Of a stretch of 64,000 nucleotides of DNA, positions 25,320-38,832 are shown in pieces. Each line of letters opens with the position of its first letter. Position 1 is the stretch's first letter. The stretch is from Stylophora pistillata (Eukaryota). The notes beneath the pieces are model-generated. The model was not told where the DNA came from. It did no database searches and was given only the letters and a program-made list of their open reading frames with translations. The stretch covers positions 110,189-174,188 of the forward strand of contig NW_019217883.1 of the NCBI RefSeq assembly GCF_002571385.2, written 5' to 3'. A program made the translations under genes and the position numbers.

Positions 25320-25945
25320 GCCACCGACAACAGTCCTTCTCAGGACTACACTCACCCGGACGATCAGACTACACCTTCACAAAGAGGAAAGTCTTAGATT
25401 TTTCTGTGTGATGAAGTTATCAATGTGACTCGCTTTTTTCTCGAAAATTATCATGACAAGTGTTTTCTTTTATTATTGCTACATTTTCGTTTACCAAATA
25501 TGGATGTTGTACAGGGTTAGAATTGTTTGGTTGTACAATTTATTTAAGGCGTAGGCGTAGGTATATCACGGGTCAGTCACAAGACTTTTCTAACCCAGCT
25601 TTATGCAGCGGGGAAATCAAAGCATTTCAAGGCCGCATTTGATTGAAACAAAGATCGCTTGTAATCAGAGTAAATGTTTAATTAGCTTTTAATTTAGTCA
25701 TTTCTTCGCGTCGGTGTTTTGCAGTAACCTGTTGCGGCTGTTTCTTTAAAAAATGCAAACAATTAACAATATTTTGCTTATTAGATGAAAATATCATCTC
25801 TTGAGTCAGAAAATTTTTGAAGCCACTTAATCATATCAGATGTTAACGCAAATACGTGTGCCCCCTTAACGATATCACACCTATTGACTACTGAGCCCGG
25901 AAATTCCTGTTTTCTACATTTAAACCACATTTTACAGCCTGAAGC

Positions 25946-27199
25946 ATGGCTGTCTTCAAATGTTTGGGTGCTAGTTTCAACGACAAGGATTCCACCTTAA
26001 AAAAGGCTGGCAAGAAAGAACGTCTTCCCATTGGGCAAAAGTTTTCACACGGAGTGGGCCATATTTACAATGATTTGACAGCTAATGCATGGTTCAGCTA
26101 TTTAATAATTTTCCTCACCAAGGTCGCAGGGTTGTCAAACTTTTATGCCGGGCTGGTCATACTCGCCGGTCAAATAACTGACGCGACTTGTACACCATTC
26201 AGCGGATTTCTAAACGATCGCACAGTAAATACATATGGCCGGCGTAAAACTTGGCATTTAATTGGAACAGTCTGCAGTACACTAGCCTTCCCTCTTTTGT
26301 TTAACCGATGTCCCGGTTGCCAGGATAGCAGTGAGGCAGTAAAGCTCACGTACTACGTAATCTGTGGTTGTGTTCTTCAGTTAGGCTGGGGATGTGTTCA
26401 AGTCAGTCATTTGTCGCTGATACCAGAAATATCCAAGTCAGCGGGTGAACGGGTCGAGCTGAATGCTATTAGGTAGGTGTCTCGATTGCAGTGCCTCTTT
26501 GCCGCTAATCACGATCATGGGTAGTAGAAATTCTCTATTAAAAATCCCTTTATAGATATGCATAACAGGTTTTAAGAATCAACAACTCAATCAGAAACTA
26601 GTTCTGAAGGTAAGAAAAAGCCAAATACTGCTGAAACCACAGGCAAATTTTAACTAGGAAAATTTTTCGTAATACTGCTGTACTATTTTCTCCACCGAGT
26701 TAAAATTTTGTGTGCTGCTCTTTGAAAATATGTTGTGTTGTCTATTATCTTTAGTCGTTGTTTAAATTGAATCGAAGTTTACATTTTTGTTTGGCTTCGT
26801 GAATATTTTATGCGCGATAAAAATTATGTTTTTGTTAGTCTGGCAGGTACTTGTCGGTACATAATTAAGACACTTTCCGGAAAAGAAACCAAACCCTTGC
26901 TGTGCTAAGCAACTTGGTGGGTCACACGGCCAAAAAAACTTTAAAAAATGTGGAATTTTGATCGTTTGAAAAACCTAATGCAGTTTGAATAAAGTAGATC
27001 ACTCCAGCACGGCTAAAAACGGAGAAATTCCTGGTTACGTGCAAAAAGCCAAGCCTTGATCATTTTTTCCAGATATCATACCTTGTCATACCTTGCGTGC
27101 CAGCTTTGTTGGCGTGATGCCTCTTCAACATTCAATTTGCATATATTTTGATTTGGCCAGAGGGATTAGGGTTTTTTCGGCTTCTGTGTGCTTTTTTTT

Positions 27200-27235
<36 letters not shown>

Positions 27236-30200
27236 GCTTGGAGTTCCCACAGCCAGCGAACCAACGAGATAGTTTGTTTTCGTGCTGAGGCTTCTTCAAC
27301 TACTGTACTTGTGTCACGCAACCACTTGTGTCACGCAACCTCTAACGCACTATTCAGGATCAGGATTGTTTATGTTGGGGCAGGCTGTGCCAGCAGATCG
27401 CCGTGAAGAAAATGAAATTGTAGTGCAAGCCTTGCTCAATTTTTTTAGCTTGCTGCAAAGGCTTCTCTCGCTTGGTGAAACTTTCTCAGGGAAAAAAAAA
27501 AATTTAACGTAGGGGCGAGCAACGGAAGGAAGTGTCAAACAGTTGAGATGATTGTCGAAGGCGCTTAAAATTCCATATCATTATCGAACTGCTTTTGTGG
27601 TTTAAGACGTCATAAACTGTCGTTTTAAGAAGAGTAGGATTTCCTTTACATTGCGTAGAGGAAGGAATAATAATTCCTCTAGAAAGAACTGCCCGAGAGG
27701 GCATTTTGTGCGAATGTTAGATCACTGCATAACCTTTGAGTAACGTCAACTCCTACTTCGTCATGAAATATAACCCGCTAGACGAGATGCAGAAAAAACA
27801 ATTTTTTTTAAAACTGTTTTTATGATAAATAACGTATCTTTTTCCAACACTGAAATAAATATCAATTAGTCCATCCATGCATGCTGTAAAATCATCTAAA
27901 ATTATGCACGCATGCTGTAAAATCGATCATCTAAAATCAATTACAAAAAAAGAAAAGATTTACCTAAAAAAAGAGTTGTGTTCTAGTATGGAGGCGAAAA
28001 GATGGAGACCCTTTTCAAAAATCATTAATTTTGGCACCCAATATTTAATGAACCACAAACAATTGGTGGTTTGATTCGGTGAAATTAATGTAGTGGGCAG
28101 CTCTAGCGCTACACTTAAATAATTTCTAACATTCAAAATGGAATGCTCATTGCATAGCAAAACTATAAAGTTTAGTTTTATTGAGTAACAATTTTTCGAA
28201 CCAAATCGTGTTGGTTGATTTTCAACAACTCATGATTGGATTCCGGAGATCCCTGGGGCCCGATGCGTCAATAATCATATTTGTTTTATGCAAATTTTGC
28301 AAGCTCATACAAGCTCTTGGCAAGACAAAGTACTTTAGTCCTCGTGTAGGAAGTCGGTTCCTATGTACGCGTTCCGTTGGTTTTCCGGTTTTACGGATAG
28401 AATAGTATCCAAGAAAGACAGGCTTTCTTTAACTCAGCGTTTGTGTTACTCAGTTGGCCATGTTTTAAACGATTTAGCAGGTAATGCTTGGTTTAGCTAC
28501 CTCCTGGAATTTCTCACTAAAGTAGCTGAACTCTCAAACGCCAACACAGGTTTTGTACGGCTTTAGGGTCAAGTTCAGTTTCGAGGGTATTTGCACGCTG
28601 TTGCTGGGGTATTGTGCGATAAAACAAAGTGCAACTGAATACGGACGGCGAAAATCATGGCACTCGCTTGGGAAATCGTTTCCTTTCATTTTTAATCGAT
28701 GCTTGGGCTGCAGCAATTCTGTGAAATTTTCATACTACACCGGATTTTCTATGGTATTTGGGTTTGGTTGGGGATGCACTGAAATTGGACACTTATCACT
28801 GATTCTGAAATCAGCAAACGGGAAAGCGAAAGAGTTAAGCTTAGTGCGTTCCGGTGAGTGTGCATTTTTTTTTTTTTTTTTTGGATTTATAGCGCTCTCC
28901 AAATCCTTTATATTTTCCATTTGCAAGGTAGTTAAAATCGGTACGCATATACGTATGGTAATTGCGTATGGTTTACAGTATGGTAATTGTGCAATGCGAC
29001 TGAAACTCGTGAACTTCTAATTAAAACTGCAACTGAAGATTTGTTTGAAGACGAATTCTTATCGCTCTATAAGGTAATATAAACGCGAATTCAAAGCCAG
29101 AGCGGAGAGAGCAGACTTAAGTTGTAAAATTTCAGAAAGGATGTAAAAATCTTTTAGGTTTGCGATAAGAGTATCACATGATTTTAATTTTTCCTTCTTT
29201 CACTGTGGTACATGAGAAAATTTAGCAAGGACTTCTGCGAGGAGGCTAGGACAGGCTCTTCTTTTTCTTTTTTTTTTTTTTTGTGGAAGAACACCTATTA
29301 TCAAGGGTAACAATTTTGTTAAAGTTTTGGGTCTGAAACGTTCTCAAGCTAAGAAGTTCTAATGGTTACATGAGGTAGTATTTGGATAAATCAGTAGATT
29401 TGGAGGGTTTAGTAGTTTTGTTAAGAACAGACCACAATGGACTATAAACTGATATCCTTCGGTGTGTAGTATGATGTGAACATCACATTTCTCTGTCAAA
29501 AGAAAACAATATTCTTATACATTAAGAAAAAGACGTTAAGGTGTTTGCGTTAAGCGTCACGTCCCTGGACTGGAGTCTTCACCCGTTGACCTTTTGAACC
29601 CTCAGAGTGCTAGCATCTCAATTCTCACACATCATTCGGCACATTAAGGTCACGAGAATAAAGGAAATAATCATCAACTTAGGAAGCTCTTGATTGTTAA
29701 ACAAATTCTCCTTGCCAGCACGCACCTTTGAAAATGTATAGAAAGCAGTATGGAGAATATGGATACTGATGTCAGGGCGTAAAGGGAAGAGTGTATTCAT
29801 GTGATTACTATAGTTAAGCGGAGTCTTTTCAGTCTCTCAGTGGGTGGAAATGTAGGAAAAAGCCCGAGTCGTTTGCAGCCGATCCTTGGGACGTCAAAAA
29901 ATGCAATTTTTTTTTTGGGGGGGGGGGGAGGGAAGGCGGGTGCGTTGTGTGACATCCTTAGGAAGCGGGCGTGCAGAAAACAGCGAAGCCCTGTGTTTGT
30001 CCGCCCTATGTCCTCTGCCCGTTTCTTCCCTCGTCTCCACTGACTGAGAGAGCCTGGAAGGGCCTGTGAGAGGGTAAGCTATTATGGCGTCACTAACACA
30101 GATGATTTCTTGTTAACAGGTCCGCTCTTACATTTCTTTGTGGCATCTACGTTTATGGAGTCACGTGGATTCTTCTTGGTCAAAGCAATGAAGAGACACT

Positions 30201-33200
30201 TTCCCCGAATGTTTGGAAGCAATTTATGGTGAGACACACAAGCGCTGTTCAGTTGGTGTCACGAAGTAAATCTCATCTTGTACGTTTACACTCCCAAAGA
30301 AACTCTTCCTTCGATATTATGGCCATTGAACCAGAACAAAGAACGATTTATTTCTACGGGGCAATAACTTGGTGCGGAAAGCAGTAGCCTTGTGTCCTCG
30401 GATCTAAACACGCCAGAGTTCAGATCTATTGATCTCAGTCCGAGCTTCGGCTGGGTCAATGTGTTTTGTTTTTGAGCGAGATACTTTCCCTTTCGCAGTG
30501 CCTGTCTCTCCATCTAGGGTCCAATTGTATAAAGGACGGATAACGCTATCAAACGGATAAATCGCTATCCAGCCGATAAGTGTTACCAAAATGTACTGCG
30601 CTATCCACCGGATGAAGATTTATCGTTATCCAATCCTTGAAAAGCCGGGGTTAATGGGATGAATGGGTACAGGAGAAACTGTCAGTAAAATCTGACGAAA
30701 TGCCGGGGGGGGAAGGGGAGGGCAGGATGAGCTTGTAACAGACTCACATTCTTTTAAGGGCCCCGTGTTCGAAGAGCGGATAACACCATCCAACAGATAA
30801 ATCGCTATCCAGTCGATAAGTATTACCAAAACGTACTGCGCTATCCACCGGATAGAGATTTTTCCAGTGTATAGCGTTATCCATCCTTCGAACAACCATA
30901 GTTAGCAACAACCGAGGCCAGAAGGAGAAACAACACTCCGAATCTCCGAATGAACGTCTAAGCTCAACATTCTTCTTTACAACTGTCCTAAATTCTTTCA
31001 TATTTTTTTTCATTTAGTATCTGGGTTTTATTGTGGTGGGAACTGGTACGTTGTTTAATATCATTTTCCATGTTGGAACGAGAGAACCTCCTTCAGAAGC
31101 CTTGTTGGAACGGCAGAAAAAACGAGTCCAGGGTACCAGTGAAAGAAAAGGTGAAGGTTCTGAGATTTTTAAGGGTCACGTTTTGCTCGCTGGAGGTTGT
31201 ATGTAATACAGCTGAGATGTATTAAAGTATCTGGTTAGATCAGTTTATAATATACATATGAACATTAAATTTTTAGAGTGAGTGAAATCATGTTTTGATA
31301 AGCGAAGCAGATCAGGTTACCATAGACTTCCGAACCCGGCCTTCAGTTTTTAGAATGACTCAAAAGAATAATCAAGCTTTGAAATTCACGCTCAATCCTT
31401 GCATACACAAGCTTATAAAATTCCTCGATTTGGAGCACTTTCTTGTTTGGCCTTAGCTATGCAATCGTTAATTTTTTTCGCAACGGATATATCAGAAGCC
31501 TACAGTGGGGGCGTTTTATTAGGGCGAGTTAAGATTATTAGCCATTCGTAGTCGTTTATCCGAACGCCATGCTTGATTTGGAGTCAAAGTGGACGGTAGG
31601 AGTGGGGGGCGGGGGAAGGGCAAGAAGACTCCCCCCCAGCCCCTCACCTTATTTTTGACTGTCACTCAACCCCTTGGTACAAATTTATTTCCTTCCCCAG
31701 CCTTGCGCTGCCATAACAATCGAAGATGGCGGCTATTTTTTCGCGAGGGAAATACAGAGCACTCACTCCCTCAAATTACGTCTGCTTTGCGGGTTAATAG
31801 ATAAGCTACCCTGCAATCAATAATAATTGAATTTTAATTATTGCTAAATGATTATCAGTGATTATCGATAAACGTTTTATTTTGCACCAGCTCTTCTCAA
31901 AGTTGATTGTGATCCTTCACCTTCGGCTTGTCGTTCATCTCAGCGAGTAACCACTCGTGTATGCGGAAAATCAGAGACAGCATCATCCTCATCGTGCAGT
32001 GATGAGATCACCTCCATTGAATCAACACTGGTAGAAAAACAGGCGGAATCTCCGGGTCAGTATGATATTATCGATAGAAGTGCAGCAAAAGGAGGCCAAA
32101 AAACTTGGAAAGACTGGTTAAAAGACCCCGCGTTTTATAAGGTATGTGTTTAAAACTGTTGAATTTTCTCACCGGGTAGAATGTTTCATCATAACCACAT
32201 AGTCTTATTTTCGCATTGTTTCACCTTACAATTTTTTTGGCGGAGAAAGAATAGAGTAGCCGCAGAGGTTGTTCACTTGTGGTGAATTTGCGACACATGA
32301 TTGGTTGATTCCAGATGGACGTGCGATATTATACCACATTCGCACTTGAAAAACATCTTTAATTAATCTGGGTGTAACTAAATAGAAATATCAGAAACAG
32401 AGAACTAAAAACCTGAATTTCCCACAGGATTCAAGTAGTCACTTCAATCTTGATTCCCTGTGCTCTCTCTTTGCAGACTGGTTTAGTTTACACTTGCAGT
32501 AGACTTGTTGTAAACGTGTCTCAGTCATATTTACCACTTTACCTGACGGAAACACTCAAGTTTGAAAAGGTTAGTATATAACTGATCATATATCGTAGAG
32601 GTTTATATACTCGGCCTGTTCCAGTTGTTCAATCAGAAAAACGCAGCCAATTAGTAAACAGCGCCATCGAAGTGGCAGAGCGAAACCGAAGGAGGTTTGG
32701 GTTGCATCTCGACTTAAACCTCCCTCTTTTTTCCGCATTGTTTTATCAGGAACAGGTTCAAGTTTAGATAAATTCGTCCCACCTCGAAGGTAATTCCTTG
32801 ATGAATTGACGAGTCGAATTTGTGATTGTTTCTGTTTTTTAGGAAGCTATCGCTTATTTTCCTCTTGTGGTGCTGATTAGTGGTGTATTTGCCAGTGGAA
32901 CGGTCAAACCACTGAACAAAAGGCTTGGCAGTAAAGTAAGGTTATAACTTTTAAATAATACTGAGGAGTGGTCTTTTTAACCCCTGAGGTTAAGTCTGTA
33001 ATCGAACCATGTGGCCCATCTAGCTGCAGCTTATCGTGTATTACTACCCCCCTCCGGATGGGATGCCAGTCCATCGCAAGGTTACCCTTCCTCTCCCCCC
33101 CCGTCCCCAAACGTTTCATCAGGCTTCCCCATTTATAATCCTGTATGGAGAGAGGCACTGTGAAAGCAATGTGTTTTGCACAACAACACAACACAGTGGC

Positions 33201-36200
33201 CCTTTACTTCTCGAGCCCGGACCCAGTACCTCCCAACCCGGAGTCCTGTGTAGTTGCCATTAGGTTAATTCTTCTTCCTCTTTTATTCCCTTAGAAGGCT
33301 TCTGATTGCGTGATATTAATCTCAATGTTTCTCTCTCAGATAACATTTTCCTTGGGATCTATGCTAGCCATGAGTGCTTGCTTTTGGTTCTACGTTCAAG
33401 ACATTAAAGGAAAGAATATTGTTTACGTCACTGCAGTTATTATGGGATGTGGGGGATCTGTTATGTTAGTGACGTCATTGTCTCTTATAGCAGAGCTGAT
33501 TGGTCATGACAAGGTAAACAAACACAAAACGCGATTTCCTATTAAACTTGTCCCAAGAGCCAAGATCGTTTTGCTCAACGGAATGGATCTTATCGAATAT
33601 ATAATAATAATAATAATAATAATTAATTATTATTATATATTATTAATAATAATAATAATAATTATTATTACTATTATTATTATCGAATAAGTTCTATTCG
33701 TAAAACAGTCAAACAGCCATAAACAAAACCACATCAGGAACATGACTTTCCACAGAGCCTTCAGAGCCTTTTCTTTTTTTCTAAGCCGTTGATTGAAAGG
33801 CACTGATCAAGGGCGTAGCCAGGGGTGTGTCCTGGGGTGCCCGTGACCCCCCCCCCCTTTGTAGGTCTTCTTTAGAGCAAACAACCTACAATATTCAGGT
33901 GGCGAAAACGCCATCACAATATCTTGGCCGTAAAAGCCATTGATATGGGCCTTCATGCCGCGATAATACGACTGAGCCCGCTGATACACGCGGGAGAGCA
34001 GCGGTGTAAATGGTGAGTAGCCTCTGTGACCCCCCTTTGAAAAATCCTGGCTACGCCCCTGCTAATGAAAAGATCATGACTTTTGAACGAGAATGTCGAT
34101 ACAGTTACTCTAAAAAGCCTGCACGCGACCTTTTTTCTTCTTCGGACCAACACTCAGGGTCTTAAAATAATTGAGAAGAATTTGCTACCTTTCTATAACA
34201 TCAAGAAATGGTTAGATATTCTAGTCTTCTCGGATAGGGACGAATAAATGGAGGTCCCGTCTCCTGCAGGGTTGGGGTAGGAGACGTTAATTTCCCACAC
34301 ACGAGATTACTGTGTGATGGATGTCCTCCCCTGGGGTGGGATTGGTGGGATATAGGGCGCACTTAATTTGGAGCCTCGCTCTGTTGTGCGACCCTCACCA
34401 CACTCTGGTGAAAGTGATTAAATAAATAAATAAGAGTCTTTCACCCTTTTCATGATCACACATTTTCACGGTTGTTACTCGAACCCTTTTTTAACTAGAT
34501 AATTAACTCAGTGTTGTTCAAGCTGGGTATTATCTCCAAATCAATTTGTTCACTCATTCCTCAGAAATCCGGCGCTTTCGTTTACGGAACAATCAGCTTC
34601 ACGGACAAACTGTCCAGCGGTGTCACCATTGCCATAATTCAAGAATTGAATCCGCGTACCAACATGACGTAAGTAGTCACAACTAGCTCGTTGTACAAGA
34701 GTGGGTTTCAAATTATCATTCAAAGGGTTTGAGTGACTAATGTCCATTTTGGTTCAATCATTTGTCGGCCAACTAGCTACCTAGTCAGTCGGTCAGTCAG
34801 GCCGGTCGGTCAGTCGCTCAGACAATCAATCAGTCACTCAGACAGTCAATCAGTCACTCAGACAGTCAATCAGTCACTCAGACAGTCAATCAGTCACTCA
34901 GACAATCAATCAGTCACTCAGACAGTCAATCAGTCACTCAGTCAGCCAGTCGCTCAGACAGTCAGTCAGTAGCTCAGACAGTCATTCAGTAGCTCAGGCA
35001 GTCAATCAGTCAGTCAGACAGTCAGCCAGTCGCTCAGACAGTCACTCAGTAGCTCAGACAGTCAGTCGCTCGATTGCTCAAAGTCAGTAAGTTACCATCT
35101 TTCAGTTGATTTGTTGTTCTGCCAATCATAGCCAGCCACTTGATAAGTCGGCCAGTCCATCTGTCGGTCTGTCACTCAGTCATTTAACCAATAACAGTCA
35201 GTTATGTGGCCAATTGGTCTTCCTGCCGGCTAGTTAGCCAGTACCTTAGTCGGCCATTCTGCTAACCAGTCAGCCAGTTGGTCGGCAAGCCAGCCAATCA
35301 GTTGATCTGTCAGTCAGTCTTTCAACCAATCAATTTATCGAGAATGATTTTATCAACGAGCCAATTAACAAGAGGCTCATACTAAAACTTCCATTAAATG
35401 TTAACCACGTTATTATTTAGCTCGCAAGAAACATGGAAAGCACTGAATAAGCTTTAGATTTCTGAGTCTAGAGTGTGCCGAGAGCGAGTCCCAGTGACAA
35501 AAGATTCTTATATTTAAATCATAATCAGTGAGCTTCTCATGGCTTTGATACCTTCCCTCCCTTCCTTAGTGCGGTTTGTCCATCTTGTGATGAATTTGTG
35601 AGAAACGTCCAAAGTTTCGCTCCAGGGCTGGCTGCGCTGGTTGCTCTAGTCTCCATTATGCTGTTTTTTGATTCAGTCTTCGTTTGTAAGAGAAAAGGTA
35701 TGTTTTGAGTTGAACAAGCTGTATTATAGCTTCCTAGGAATAAGATAGAGAGGTACAAAGACATTCATTGGGAGGCGCGGGCGCCCAATAGTTAGTGCGC
35801 AAGACTCTGGGTAGGGGGTCTGGTTTCGAGGCCTGATCGGATCATTGTGTTGTGTTTTGGGCGAAACACTTTTACTCTCCCCACCTAGGAGTATAAATTG
35901 GTATCGGGAAATGATCAGGGTAGCCTTATGAAATTCTGGGGTGTAACCATGCATCCTTGCAGCTACCCCTCCCCCCCCNTCCAGGGAGTAGTAGTAACAC
36001 TACAAAAATAAACTCCGGCTGCATGAGCCACTTGGTTCGAGTACTGACTTTCTTATGCAAAACAACATGCATGGCATGGGTGTTGATTAGTGAGGTTAGT
36101 AAGAGCACTGCTACATTTATGAACCAGTTGTTCAGATGATCTGCTGGACAGTGCTCACTAATAATCCTGGGCAAAGAAGGACTGAGTGAAAGGAGAGTAT

Positions 36201-36781
36201 TTCGCCTCATCATCAGATCCACCGCATGAGCCCGTCCAACCCCATAGACTCGCCACCGTGGTTCTCATTGAAATAAGAAATGTGTTAAAAACTATGGTAG
36301 ATCGTAATGAGGTAGTGTTACTACTAAAGTGTTTTGATTTTCAAACCGTACACTGGACTGTATGTCGAAATTGAGTTGGAAGGGAATGAGTGGGAATAAT
36401 AGGCGAGTGTTAATGACTGCGTCGTAAGCTTCACACTTTGATCTGGCTGATGCAGACCAGTAATTGTCACGCATTTAGCCATTTCTGATGGTAATTGATA
36501 AAGCTACTTTTCTTACAGTGGACAAAGTTGACATGGCCGTACAGACAGGCGATGAAAGTTATGAACAAAGGAAGAGCTGTGAAATCGCAGAATGCTACGA
36601 GGAAGTGGAAGAAGAGAAAGAATGTGATAAATCTTTGAAATTGGATCGCGATCTCGAGAAGAATTCATCTGGAACAAGAAATGTTTTTGGGGTCCCGCGA
36701 GCCATGAACAACTATGCTGCCAGTAGGTTGGCCTCTCCTCTGCTACCGTCACCATTACTGGACCGACGCACCGTGTTGTAA
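25946..36781 (+). CDS. MFSD12: MFSD12-like transporter, paralog B, 10 exons (tandem duplicate)
   Basis: Exons 25946-26472, 30120-30228, 31018-31150, 31891-32141, 32477-32569, 32843-32935, 33340-33513, 34565-34668, 35570-35697, 36519-36781. Intron positions and most internal exon lengths (109, 251, 93, 93, 174, 104, 128 nt) are identical to paralog A. Confidence 0.92.
28363..28853 (+). pseudogene. Decayed third copy of MFSD12 exon 1 within intron 1 of paralog B
   Basis: MYAFRW..RLCYSVGHVLNDLAGNAWFSYLL..VRL*GQV, then frameshifts/deletions (YGRRKSWH, FPFIFNRCLGC, FGWGCTEIGHLSLI). A same-phase donor CG|GTGAGT is retained at 28853. Confidence 0.85.
30370..30897 (+). mobile_element. Deu/Nin-like SINE with a nested GGATA/TATCC palindromic MITE (30518-30651) and an adjacent second MITE copy (30759-30897)
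   Basis: The SINE core ...CAGTGCCTGTCTCTCCATCTAG is interrupted and resumes at GATGAATGGGTACAGG. Both MITE copies share GGATAAC..ATAAATCGCTATCCAG..GTACTGCGCTATCCACCGGAT. Confidence 0.7.
32990..33265 (-). mobile_element. Deu/Nin-like tRNA-derived SINE
   Basis: Reverse complement aligns to 914-1215 (CACAGTGCCTCTCTCCATACAGGATTATAAATGGG, AACCTTGCGATGGACTGGCATCCCATCC). Confidence 0.7.
33600..33683. repeat. (AAT)n/(ATT)n microsatellite
   Basis: Read directly. Similar tracts at 51623-51668 and 63917-63964, and (TA)n at ~40725-40750. Confidence 0.9.
33808..34061. mobile_element. MITE with 16-bp TIRs (CAAGGGCGTAGCCAGG / CCTGGCTACGCCCCTG), hAT-like ends
   Basis: Terminal inverted repeats are visible, with internal GTGACCCCCC repeats. 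No clear TSD. Confidence 0.75.
34153..34432 (+). mobile_element. 5'-truncated SINE with Meta-like core and (TAAA)n tail
   Basis: The 3' ~150 bp are nearly identical to 52967-53121, and the central part is shared with 10088-10481. Confidence 0.75.
34784..35090. repeat. (CAGT)n-derived minisatellite, 20-bp unit cagtcactcagacagtcaat, decaying to ~35330
   Basis: Read directly. Confidence 0.9.
35770..36050 (+). mobile_element. Deu/Nin-like tRNA-derived SINE
   Basis: Head GGGAGGCGCGGGCGCCCAATAGTTAGTGCGC..GGTTTCGAGGCC and core CCACCTAGGAGTATAAATTGGTATCGG. Confidence 0.65.
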
Positions 36782-38489
36782 TCAGCTTATTCACTAGTTT
36801 TTCTCTGATGACTACAGAACACTATATTGCACAGTGGGTAAACAACAGAAGTACGTTACTTATGTCAATAATGCATCAAGCTCCTATTACGTGCACTATG
36901 TTGCCAGGGCACACTATGTATTATGTTATTACTATACGTTAGTTGTTCTAAACCCTAAGGGCACAAGAAATAACCTTTAAACATTATTTTTGTCCGGTCA
37001 ATAGAACCGAAAAAGTCCAGTTTAAGTCGTAGAAAAACATGTCATCTTGGACACTTTGCGTCGGGAAACCTTTACAGTGGCACAATAAATTTTTCTAAGT
37101 TAATTAAACCGAGAAATAAAAGGTGAAAGAAAAGATTTGAAAAACCAAGTACATTCCTCGAAGGAGGGGTACTGAATTTCCTTACCAGCTGGCAGCATGT
37201 GGAAAAATAACAAGAAGATTGACATGAAGTTTAACACGACTGGACTGAAAACAATATCATGACTTATTCTTGGTCGTCGGATTTAGTTTGTATTGTAATT
37301 CTAACATGGATTTCTGTAAGGGATGAATAATATAAAAAAGGTAAAGGGCTGTGTAATACGACGTCATTGACAAACACCTAAGGTATACTTTGCCTATGTA
37401 AACATATGAGTTGCAGTCGGTCTAGTTGCTATGACTTCCCAGCGAAAGTACTACTTTACTTAGTCTAATACCTCAATTCCTTTGTTTTGTTTTGTTTTGG
37501 TTTTTCGTTTTTCAATTTCGATGTATTTCCAATCCTTTCCACGTATATCTATTAGGCATTGCTGAGAGAATAAATGGTATAATGGAAAGCGTATGTTTTC
37601 CCAGTAATGAAACCAACGAAGCCACTTAGGTTTTATTCATTTTGATATGTGAAAGTAAGGTGAAAAAGCTGTTTTTGCAGAGTTATAAAATAATTATGGT
37701 TGATTTAAAAAAAATACCGAGGGGCACATAAAAACGCTTTTATTCCACAGCTTTAATCTATAACACAGAAATTTATATTGTTAAGAATCAGCAAAGAAAA
37801 GAAGTCTGGAGACCAATAGCATTTTCTCCTAACTGATATTCTTGTTTCGTTGTTACACTCAAGGGCGGCCACAGAGTTATCTAACCTCATAAATCAAATC
37901 ACCTGAAAAGAATAAAAGAGGTATTGTTAATCACAAAAATTTATTTTAACTTCATCAAGCTGACTTCAAAGTTAGGGCTATTTATCGCAGAGGAACAATT
38001 ATAAAAACACCATGACACTGATTTGAAATGTTCATCGTTTGTTTCACATTGTTGTTACTTCCGATGTGGATAGCGACCCTTCTACTGCACACTGCTAGTT
38101 TCTAAAGGCGATGAAATCCACGGGTCACATGACAGGATATAAAGCAACATTCCCTGCTGTAATTGGCTGCTGTCTTACGATAATCTACTCCCTCGGCGGT
38201 CCACTGCCCTGTTCTATCCACTACCGAAGTGACGACATCGTGAGTTAAGCGATAAATACTTCATGAACATTTTGTAATTTTTCTTTTTTTGAAGCTAGGC
38301 TGTTAGGGTGATGGTTTAATAAACAAAGATGACATTTTAGTGCCCACCTCTTATTGTCAATCGTGCTCATCTCCTAATCGGAAAAACTTTTTTTTCCTAC
38401 TTGACTTCCCCAGCGGCATATTGAAGTCTGACTATTTTCTGGATCTGAGCAGTTTTGGTCTATTTCAGGAATCTAATGATAGAACAATT

Positions 38490-38832
38490 CGATCAATGTT
38501 AATATCTGAGCAATTTCGTACCTATTCCTCCCCTACCCAAAATTAGCCCTAGCTTGTTATTGAGTTGTGGGAGGGGTAGGTGTATAGTTGCTCAGATACT
38601 GACATTGATCCAAACTCAGTGCACCTACCCCTCCCCTAACCCAACATTAGCCCTAACTTGTTATTGAGTTGTGGGAGGGGTAGGTGTAGAGTTCCTAAGA
38701 TACTGACATTGATCCAAACTCAGTGCACCTACCCCTCCCCTACCCAAAATTAGCCCTATCTTGTTATCAGTCGACTTTTGTTGGGTTAGGGGAGGGTAGG
38801 TGCGCCGTTGCTCAGATACTGACACTGATCCG
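38490..38832. mobile_element. Three tandem copies of a palindromic MITE (GATCAATGT..CTACCCCTCCCCTAAC..GGGAGGGGTAGG..CAGATACTGACATTGATCC)
   Basis: Internal inverted arms and ~100-120-bp direct repeats read directly. Confidence 0.75.

Noticed and set aside
34733-34972. Ser/Gln-rich ORF
   Set aside because: Translation of the CAGT minisatellite.
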